Positions 15,215 through 21,937 of a stretch of DNA of 24,648 nucleotides are shown piece by piece. The DNA comes from Candidatus Cloacimonadaceae bacterium. GTDB taxonomy: Bacteria > Cloacimonadota > Cloacimonadia > Cloacimonadales > Cloacimonadaceae. Under the pieces are notes generated by a model. That model saw only the letters and a list, made by a program, of their open reading frames with translations, made no database searches and had not been told where the DNA came from. Made by a program: the position numbers and the translations under genes. How positions within the stretch are numbered: position 1 is the first letter of the stretch; every line of letters starts with the position of its first letter. The stretch lies in assembly GCA_046485025.1 (NCBI GenBank), contig JAWOHU010000111.1:1-24648 (forward strand), read 5' to 3'.

Positions 15215-16656
15215 AAGTGCTGATAATTGACAGTGATCTCTTATTTGCGCAATCAATAGGTAATTTCCTTTCCGTCCAGTTGGGGCATAGCACCCGTCAT
15301 TGCACCAGAATCGAAGAAGGTCTTAATATCTTTGATGAATATGTGCCTGACCTTGTCATAACTGAGTTAATGATGCCCGGGATGGATGGTTTTGACCTGA
15401 TAGATAAACTGCGTTCTCCTGATAGTAAGTATGATGCAGGTATTTTAATTCTCTGCGGAGAGGGTGATAATGAAGCCCAGATCAAAGCTTTGGAAGCAGG
15501 TGCTGATGATGTTTTGTGTAAACCAATTCCACTTGAACTGCTTGCTATCAGAATTAAGAGACTGGAAGAAATTCTTTCGGCAAGACATAAACTGGTAAAA
15601 CTCAGCACTGATTTCGAATCTGAATTGCAGTTGAGGCTGCAAGACCTAAAAACCGCTCTTGGGAATCTGCAGAAGGAATACCAGAGCGAGTTGGGATTCA
15701 GCGGTTTAGGAGTATACAGCGATACGATGAGGCAGATTACTCAGCTCTGTCTGCGAATTCATAAAGATCGCGATTTACCGGTATTGATAACAGGTGAAAC
15801 CGGAACAGGTAAAGAACTGATTGCCAGGCTGATACATTATGGAGATGAAAACAGTAATCTGCCTTTTATTTCTCTTAATTGTTCTGCCATTCCTGCCACT
15901 CTTTTTGAAAGTGAACTTTTCGGTTATGAACGTGGAGCCTTTACAGGAAGCAACCGCGAAGGTAAAATTGGCAAATTGGAAATGGCTAATGGCGGAACAC
16001 TTTTTCTGGATGAGATTGGAGACCTGCCTTTGGACCTGCAACCCAAGCTGTTGCGTGTTATCCAGGAACAGGAAATGTACCGTGTAGGTGGAACCAAGAA
16101 AATACCCTTAGACATACGTTTTCTCTTTGCTACTCATCAGGATCTGCATAAATCCATCCTGGATAAAACTTTCCGTCAGGACCTTTTCTACCGCATTTCG
16201 ACAATTTATATAAATATCCCGCCCCTGCGTGAACGGAAGGAGGAGATCATTCCCCTGTCCCAGTTGTTCCTCAAACAAATCTCTGTTAAAAAACATATGC
16301 CTTTGAAATTTCTCAAAGAAGAAACAGCACAGTTAATTAAGGAATATGACTGGCCCGGTAATGTTAGGGAACTGCTTGGTGCCATGGAAAGGGCTTATCT
16401 GATTACCGATGAAGTTGAGATTAGCCCTGATAACTTCAGTTTCTTGTTGCCCAATTCTCCCCTGAATCTAAATTTCTCCTCACGTCGAAAACTCTTCCTG
16501 GAATTACCTGAAGCAGGATTAACTCTCTCCGATTTTCAGACCAGGATTATACAAAAAGTTCTGGAACTGCATAATAACAATAAATCTCAAAGTGCCCGAT
16601 ATCTGGGAATATCATTGAACAGACTAAAACGGCTGCTGCAAAGCAAACAAATCTGA
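15211..16656 (+). CDS. NtrC-family sigma54-dependent enhancer-binding protein with an aspartate-less receiver
   Basis: Receiver LVITELMMPGMDG (E52), Walker A GETGTGKE, GAFTGS, Walker B FLDEI, RQDLFYR, WPGNVREL and a Fis-type HTH. ATGA overlap with the kinase-like gene. Confidence 0.93.
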   Translation: MKVLIIDSDLLFAQSIGNFLSVQLGHSTRHCTRIEEGLNIFDEYVPDLVITELMMPGMDGFDLIDKLRSPDSKYDAGILILCGEGDNEAQIKALEAGADDVLCKPIPLELLAIRIKRLEEILSARHKLVKLSTDFESELQLRLQDLKTALGNLQKEYQSELGFSGLGVYSDTMRQITQLCLRIHKDRDLPVLITGETGTGKELIARLIHYGDENSNLPFISLNCSAIPATLFESELFGYERGAFTGSNREGKIGKLEMANGGTLFLDEIGDLPLDLQPKLLRVIQEQEMYRVGGTKKIPLDIRFLFATHQDLHKSILDKTFRQDLFYRISTIYINIPPLRERKEEIIPLSQLFLKQISVKKHMPLKFLKEETAQLIKEYDWPGNVRELLGAMERAYLITDEVEISPDNFSFLLPNSPLNLNFSSRRKLFLELPEAGLTLSDFQTRIIQKVLELHNNNKSQSARYLGISLNRLKRLLQSKQI

Positions 16657-16701
16657 TTGAATGGCTGATAAGTAAACACATTTCATTGTTTCTCCCTGTC
16701 A

Positions 16702-16767
16702 TTAAACCACGCGGCATCTACCCGGGCTCACCCCGGGAGGACCCCGCGTGGATCCCGCGTGGTTTAA
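16702..16767. repeat. 66-bp GC-rich palindromic element
   Basis: Perfect 13-bp terminal inverted repeat TTAAACCACGCGG/CCGCGTGGTTTAA, inner CCCGGG-N5-CCCGGG hairpin, and a tandem CCCGCGTGG at 16743 and 16754. Confidence 0.7.
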
Positions 16768-16799
16768 GTGGATGAAACACATTCCGGGACACATAGGTC

Positions 16800-16826
16800 T
16801 TGACAGAAAAGCTGTAAGCGGAAAAT
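16800..16826 (+). promoter_or_regulatory. Putative promoter for tRNA-Lys
   Basis: TTGACA at 16800-16805 and GAAAAT after 15 nt, about 15 nt before the tRNA 5' end. Confidence 0.45.
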
Positions 16827-16840
16827 AGACGACAAAATAG

Positions 16841-16916
16841 GCATCTTTAGCTCAGCTGGTAGAGCAACTGACTCTTAATCAGTGGGTCCGGGGTTCGAGT
16901 CCCCGAAGATGTACCA
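16841..16916 (+). tRNA. tRNA-Lys (anticodon CTT)
   Basis: Cloverleaf: acceptor GCATCTT/AAGATGT, D-arm GCTC/GAGC, anticodon arm ACTGA-CTCTTAA-TCAGT, T-arm CGGGG-TTCGAGT-CCCCG, and an encoded ACCA end; 76 nt. Confidence 0.98.
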
Positions 16917-16967
16917 TAATATAAAGGCTGATATGACCTCAGGGACATTTCGGCAAAGTGAATAGAC

Positions 16968-17013
16968 AGCGGTAATTTGCTCTTTGCTCCGCTTTGTAAA
17001 TGTGCTAAAGTGC
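16968..17013 (+). ncRNA. SAM-II/SAM-V-like riboswitch aptamer (H-type pseudoknot) upstream of metK
   Basis: P1 AGCGG/CCGCT (16968-72/16989-93); loop 1 TAATTT; P2 GC(T)CTTTGC (16979-87) with GC(T)AAAG(T)GC (17004-13), leaving U17006 unpaired; loop 3 TTGTAAATGT. This matches the remembered SAM-II pattern UGAUUU...UUGC...AAAU...GCUAAA, and the downstream gene is SAM synthetase. Confidence 0.75.
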
Positions 17014-17022
17014 TTTTTTCAG

Positions 17023-17048
17023 AGCCGGCTTTAGCGTCGGCTTTTTTT
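17023..17048 (+). terminator. Intrinsic terminator in the metK leader (riboswitch expression platform)
   Basis: Stem AGCCGGC/GTCGGCT, loop TTTAGC, then a T7 tract, ending 22 nt before the metK start. Confidence 0.75.
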
Positions 17049-17070
17049 ATTTAAGAGAAAGGAGAAGAAA

Positions 17071-18255
17071 ATGACAGCTTTACATCCTCAGGTTGACACA
17101 GCTAAAAACGAATTCGTGTTCACCTCCGAATCAGTCTCGGAAGGGCATCCCGATAAGGTTTGCGACCAGATTTCCGATGCCGTTCTGGATGAGTATCTCA
17201 AGGCTGACCCCAGCTCCAGGGTTGCCTGTGAAACGCTTGCCACCAAGAACCAGTTGATTATTGCCGGAGAAATCACTTCCAAACATAAGATAGATATCAA
17301 GGACATAGCGCGCCGGACCATCAGAGAAATCGGCTACACCGAACCCTGCCAGGGTTTTGATGATGACTGCAATATCTTTAACCTTCTGCACAAACAGGAA
17401 GGCGCACTGAAGGCAATCGGAGACCGGGAAAACACAGGAGCCGGAGACCAGGGACTGATGTTTGGCTATGCCTGCAATCAGACCAAACACTACATGCCCA
17501 TTCCCATTGCCCTGGCGCATAAACTTCTGCAGAAACTGGCTGAAGTCAGAAAAAACGGTCAGATTCCACAGATTCTGCCCGATGCCAAGTCTCAGGTTAC
17601 CTTCCGTTTTATCAACCGCCTGCCCGTCGAGCTTCAGACCCTCGTCATCTCGACTCATCATAAGCAACTTGATGAAAAGCAGTTTGGAGAACTGAAGGAC
17701 GCCATCAACAAGTTAGTGGTCATCCCTTCCTTAAATGAAATTGAAAACGAGAGCATTCATCAGTTTGCCGTCAACAACTGCCTTGTGAAAATCAATCCGC
17801 TGGGCATGTGGACAGATGGCGGCCCTGCCAATGACACAGGCCTGACAGGCAGAAAAATCATTGTTGATACTTACGGCGGCTGGGCTCAGCACGGCGGAGG
17901 AGCTTTCTCAGGCAAAGACGCCACCAAAGTCGACAGAAGCGCTGCCTATATGGCACGCCACATTACCAAAAGCGTTGTGGCATCCGGACTGGCAGAGGAA
18001 TGCCTGATTCAGTTCAGTTTTGTGATCGGAGAAATGAGACCGGAGTCCATAATGGTGGACACTTACGGCAGCGGCAAACTGCCTGACCAACAAATCGAAA
18101 AACTCATCATGGACAACTTTGACTTGACAGTAAAAGGAATCATCGACTATTTAGATTTGCGCAGACCCATCTTCAAACAAACTGCCAATTATGGTCATTT
18201 CGGCAGACTGGATTTGGATTTGAGCTGGGAAAAAGTGAAAGAAATTAAATTCTAA
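17071..18255 (+). CDS. metK: S-adenosylmethionine synthetase
   Basis: FTSESVSEGHPDK, GAGDQGLMFGYA, GLTGRKIIVDTYGG and GGGAFSGKDATKVDRSAAY. Confidence 0.98.
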   Translation: MTALHPQVDTAKNEFVFTSESVSEGHPDKVCDQISDAVLDEYLKADPSSRVACETLATKNQLIIAGEITSKHKIDIKDIARRTIREIGYTEPCQGFDDDCNIFNLLHKQEGALKAIGDRENTGAGDQGLMFGYACNQTKHYMPIPIALAHKLLQKLAEVRKNGQIPQILPDAKSQVTFRFINRLPVELQTLVISTHHKQLDEKQFGELKDAINKLVVIPSLNEIENESIHQFAVNNCLVKINPLGMWTDGGPANDTGLTGRKIIVDTYGGWAQHGGGAFSGKDATKVDRSAAYMARHITKSVVASGLAEECLIQFSFVIGEMRPESIMVDTYGSGKLPDQQIEKLIMDNFDLTVKGIIDYLDLRRPIFKQTANYGHFGRLDLDLSWEKVKEIKF

Positions 18256-18288
18256 ATAGAGACCTCAAAAACAAGGCGGAAGGAAGAT

Positions 18289-19101
18289 ATGACAGACAAT
18301 TTATTTGAGCAGTTAAAGCGCAGCCGTCCGTTCTTTCTGATTGCCGGACCCTGTGTCATAGAAGATGAAAAAACTATGATGCAGACGGCAGAAACTCTGG
18401 TCAGGCTTACCTCCGAACTATCGTTGCCCTTTGTCTTCAAAGCTTCCTTTCTGAAGGCAAACAGGACTTCTCCTGACTCGTTTCGCGGTCCGGGTTTGCA
18501 AGAAGGTCTGCAGCTGCTGCAGAAAATCAAGACTACTTTTTCTGTTCCGCTTCTGACTGACGTGCACGAGACTACTGATATTAATGCTGTTCAAGAAGTT
18601 GTAGATATCATCCAGATTCCCGCTTTTCTGAGCAGACAGACGTTGCTGATTCAGGCTGCCGCGCAGACCGGCAAGATAGTCAATCTGAAAAAGGGACAAT
18701 TCATGGCTCCGGAAGACATGCGCTCTGCCGCAGCCAAGGTTACTTCCATGCATAATCAGCAGGTCCTTCTGACCGAGAGAGGCACCAGTTTCGGCTATCA
18801 CAACCTGGTGGTGGACTTCCGCAGTTTTCAGATTATGCATCAAATCGGTTTTCCGGTGGTCTATGATGTTACGCACAGTTTGCAGAAACCTTCTGTAACT
18901 GATAAATCCGGCGGCTCTCCGGAGTTCGTGCAGATGATGGCTCAGGCCGCTCTGGCAACGGGATTTGTCGATGGACTTTTTATAGAGACACATCCTCATC
19001 CTGAAAAAGCTCTGAGTGACGCTGCCAGTATGCTGGCTCTGGACCAGCTTCCTGCCCTGCTGAAAAGCTGCATCAAAATTAAAGAAGCATTACAGGATTA
19101 A
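18289..19101 (+). CDS. kdsA: 3-deoxy-D-manno-octulosonate 8-phosphate synthase
   Basis: IAGPCVIE, KANRTS, QIPAFLSRQT, KKGQF, ERGTSFGY, DVTHS and FIETHP. Confidence 0.96.
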   Translation: MTDNLFEQLKRSRPFFLIAGPCVIEDEKTMMQTAETLVRLTSELSLPFVFKASFLKANRTSPDSFRGPGLQEGLQLLQKIKTTFSVPLLTDVHETTDINAVQEVVDIIQIPAFLSRQTLLIQAAAQTGKIVNLKKGQFMAPEDMRSAAAKVTSMHNQQVLLTERGTSFGYHNLVVDFRSFQIMHQIGFPVVYDVTHSLQKPSVTDKSGGSPEFVQMMAQAALATGFVDGLFIETHPHPEKALSDAASMLALDQLPALLKSCIKIKEALQD

Positions 19102-19102
19102 T

Positions 19103-19660
19103 ATGAATAAAGCGATAAAACCAACTGTGGACTGGCTGTCCATTCAGCTTGTCATCTTCGACTGTGACGGCGTGCTGAGTGACGGCAAAATCATTTATGG
19201 TTCAAATTCTAATCTTGAGACCATGGAACTAAAGAACTTCAATGCTCACGACGGCATGGGTTTTATGCTGCTGCACACGGCAGGTCTGCTTTCCGCTGTC
19301 ATTACAGGCAGGACTTCCTCCGCTTTGTCTAAACGCTGCAAAGACCTGCGCATCAAGCATGTGTTTCAGAAAGTTCAGAACAAGCTCGAAAAAGCAGACA
19401 AACTGCTGACAAAACTCAATCTTTCCTGGAGCCGGGTTGTCTATATGGGCGATGACTGGAATGACATTCCCTGCATGCAGCAAGCTGCTTTCTCAGCCTG
19501 CCCGTCTGATGCCATGCCCGAAATTCAGAAGCTGGCGGATCTGGTGACGGAAAGAAAAGCCGGCGAAGGCGCTGTGCGTGAACTGATAGATTTTATCCTC
19601 AGGAAAAAAGGCGTCTATGAACAGGTCGTCGATTCCTATCTGCGGGAAATCTCGCTCTGA
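19103..19660 (+). CDS. kdsC: KDO 8-phosphate phosphatase (HAD family)
   Basis: FDCDGVLSDG, FNAHDGMG, ITGR, YMGDDWND and GEGAVRE; follows kdsA. Confidence 0.93.
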   Translation: MNKAIKPTVDWLSIQLVIFDCDGVLSDGKIIYGSNSNLETMELKNFNAHDGMGFMLLHTAGLLSAVITGRTSSALSKRCKDLRIKHVFQKVQNKLEKADKLLTKLNLSWSRVVYMGDDWNDIPCMQQAAFSACPSDAMPEIQKLADLVTERKAGEGAVRELIDFILRKKGVYEQVVDSYLREISL

Positions 19661-19679
19661 AACAGCTGAAACATCATTT

Positions 19680-20219
19680 ATGAACAGGATTATTCTTTTA
19701 CTGCTGCTGACAATTCTGCTTTCCGGATGCGGCAAAAGCGTTCTGGACCAGACCACGCCTGCTCTGAACAGAAGTCTGCCGGACGAGACCAGCCGCGATG
19801 TCACGCTCTATTCCTACAAAGCTGACAAGGTTGATTACATCCTCACTGCATCAAGGATTGAGCGCTTTTACTCCAATCAGAGGCTCCACGCCTGGCAGGT
19901 TAAAATCGTCTCCTATGATGACAAGATGCGCATTACGAGCACTCTGGCTGCCGATACCGCCTATGTGGATGAAGCGCGCAACTTTGTGCAGGCGATGGGC
20001 AACGTCGTGCTCGAGTCCTCCAACGGCACCATCAAATCCCAACACATCAACTGGGACCGCAATGTCGATGAAATCTATACAGATCAACTCGTCACCCTGA
20101 TTCGCGAAGGCAAGACCCTGCGCGGCTATGACCTCAGAACCAATTCCCTGATCAGCTATGCGGAACTCACCACCGTTTCGGCGGAAGGCAAAATCCAAGG
20201 CGACGAAATTGACTGGTAG
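19680..20219 (+). CDS. lptC: LPS export protein LptC-like lipoprotein
   Basis: Lipobox LSGC after MNRIILLLLL, so the start is set at ATG 19680. Beta-jellyroll-like pattern (ADTAY, GNVVL, INWD, IYTD, GYDL); position after kdsC. Confidence 0.8.
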   Translation: MNRIILLLLLTILLSGCGKSVLDQTTPALNRSLPDETSRDVTLYSYKADKVDYILTASRIERFYSNQRLHAWQVKIVSYDDKMRITSTLAADTAYVDEARNFVQAMGNVVLESSNGTIKSQHINWDRNVDEIYTDQLVTLIREGKTLRGYDLRTNSLISYAELTTVSAEGKIQGDEIDW

Positions 20220-21303
20220 AAAGCTCTTCCTATTCACACTTTTCTTACTTATCACGAGCCTGGCTCTGACGGCTCAGACATCATCTGCCGGAGAGGATTT
20301 CCGGCTCATTCATTCCGACAAGCTGTTTTTGAACAAAGTTAATGGTGAAAACATCCTGGAGCTGAACGGTAAAGTGCATTTCTACTATGGCGACACCGAA
20401 TTCCGCAGCCACCAGGCAATCATCTTTGAAAAGCAGAAAATTGCCCGTCTCATCGGCAATGTCAGAGTCCGCAATGACACGCTCAACACAGTGGCAGACA
20501 GCATTTCCTATTATCGCATCACGGAATTTATGAACCTGGGCGGTAACATCATCATCACGGAACAGAAGACCGCCGGCGTATTCAACCAGATGGCAGCCGA
20601 CTTCGGTTCTTATGATAAACTCAACGACGTTATCAGTGCCCGCGGCAATGTGCGCGCCCTGAGTGCCAAGGATAAAGCCAGAGCCAGTGCCAATCTGGCG
20701 CACTGGGACAGGAAAAACGGCTATGCCTATCTGCTGGAGAATCCGCAGCTCTGGTCGGAAGACCGGGACACGCTTTATATCCGCTCTGAAAGGATGGAAT
20801 TCTTTGATGACGACCGCAAGGTGATTGCCACTTTTGACGTGCTGGCGCAATCCAAAGATTACACTGCCACCAGCGATTTCCTGCTCTATTTTCTGAAAGA
20901 CGAGAAAGCCATTTTCCAGGGCGAGCCCAAGTTCACATCAGGTTTTGCTGATGCCACTGCCGGGGAGTTTTATCTCTTCTTCAAAGAGAAAAAGCTCTAC
21001 ATGGCAGAACTGAAGGATAGCTGCGTGGTCTGGTTTGCCGAGGAGAAGGGAAAGCCCAAAACCAACTGGGTCAAAGCAGACTTCATCTCAATGAATATCA
21101 CGGATGATAATCTGGATGACTTTGAGGCGGAAAACAAAGTTACCTATTTCTATCAGCAGGAGCAGGAAGGGAAGAAGGATTTCTTCTCGAACAGCGCTTC
21201 CGGCAGTTTCCTATCCGCCACTTTTGGTGAAGACGGCAAACTGGAATCAATGATGATGAAGCAAGGCGTTAAAGGCACGTACATCTTTGAAAACAATCCC
21301 TGA
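20209..21303 (+). CDS. LptA/OstA-like periplasmic beta-jellyroll protein (long form)
   Basis: Signal peptide ending ...SLALTAQ. Repeated OstA-like motifs (LNGKVHF, LIGNVRV, ADSISYY, ARGNVRA). Follows lptC. The TTG start at 20209 is inferred; the ORF is open from 20158. Confidence 0.72.
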   Translation: MTGRKLFLFTLFLLITSLALTAQTSSAGEDFRLIHSDKLFLNKVNGENILELNGKVHFYYGDTEFRSHQAIIFEKQKIARLIGNVRVRNDTLNTVADSISYYRITEFMNLGGNIIITEQKTAGVFNQMAADFGSYDKLNDVISARGNVRALSAKDKARASANLAHWDRKNGYAYLLENPQLWSEDRDTLYIRSERMEFFDDDRKVIATFDVLAQSKDYTATSDFLLYFLKDEKAIFQGEPKFTSGFADATAGEFYLFFKEKKLYMAELKDSCVVWFAEEKGKPKTNWVKADFISMNITDDNLDDFEAENKVTYFYQQEQEGKKDFFSNSASGSFLSATFGEDGKLESMMMKQGVKGTYIFENNP

Positions 21304-21309
21304 TGCCCC

Positions 21310-21792
21310 TCACTTTTTCATATCGTAGAAATATAATTCCTTGTCCTGATTCATCCAACTGTAATGCACCTGACCCACATAGATAGTGTGGTCTCCGCTT
21401 TTAACCTGCGTCACCACTTCGCATTCAAAGGTCACTATGCTATCTTTCAGAACCGGCAACTTGTGCAATTTACCGGGCAGAAATTCCACCTTGCCCTCAG
21501 TGAATTTATCCATCTCACGTCCTGAATTGGAGCCTGCCAGATTGCACAGCGCGTGCAGTTCTTTGCCCGGAAACACCAGATTGAACCAGCGGTTGGTTTC
21601 CAGACAATCTTTGGTGAAACGGCTGTGCCCGATGGAGATAGCAAACATCGGCGGCTGGATGGAGGTGCGCATATACCATTCCGCCGTCATCAGATTGTAT
21701 CCGCCCAGCGGTTTCTCCGTCACAATCAGAGTCACTTTTGCCGGCAGATGAATCAGCGGATAGGCTTTCGAAAATTCTGTCTGTTCTATCAT
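21310..21792 (-). CDS. Flavin reductase-like (FMN-binding split-barrel) family protein
   Basis: NLMTAEW, SIQPP, GSNSGREMDKF, FECEV and GDHTIYVG motifs. Confidence 0.9.
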   Translation of the reverse strand: MIEQTEFSKAYPLIHLPAKVTLIVTEKPLGGYNLMTAEWYMRTSIQPPMFAISIGHSRFTKDCLETNRWFNLVFPGKELHALCNLAGSNSGREMDKFTEGKVEFLPGKLHKLPVLKDSIVTFECEVVTQVKSGDHTIYVGQVHYSWMNQDKELYFYDMKK

Positions 21793-21838
21793 AAACTGTC
21801 TCCCAGTCTGTCTTTATTCTGCGTCAGGAAAATATCAT

Positions 21839-21866
21839 TTGACACAAAAGCTATTCTATTGATTAC
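21839..21866 (+). promoter_or_regulatory. Putative promoter for the solute-binding protein gene
   Basis: TTGACA at 21839-21844, with only a weak -10 (GATTAC after 16 nt). Confidence 0.4.
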
Positions 21867-21880
21867 ATGATTATTGTCAA
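21853..21880 (-). promoter_or_regulatory. Sigma70 promoter for the flavin reductase gene
   Basis: On the minus strand: TTGACA (21880-21875), 16 nt, then TAGAAT (21858-21853). Confidence 0.65.
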
Positions 21881-21937
21881 TCACGACCTCAAAGGCAGAT
21901 TGTATGTATCTATATTACAAGGAATAAAGGAGTTTCT

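Noticed and set aside
16841-16916. tRNA-Lys as an integration site with att repeats
   Set aside because: I found no duplicate of the tRNA 3' end and no integrase, and the AT-rich block lies on the tRNA's 5' side.
16917-17050. SAM-I or SMK (SAM-III) riboswitch
   Set aside because: The SAM-I core (AUC-AAGAG, kink-turn, GCAAC..GUGC) and the SMK motifs are absent; the SAM-II/V pattern fits instead.
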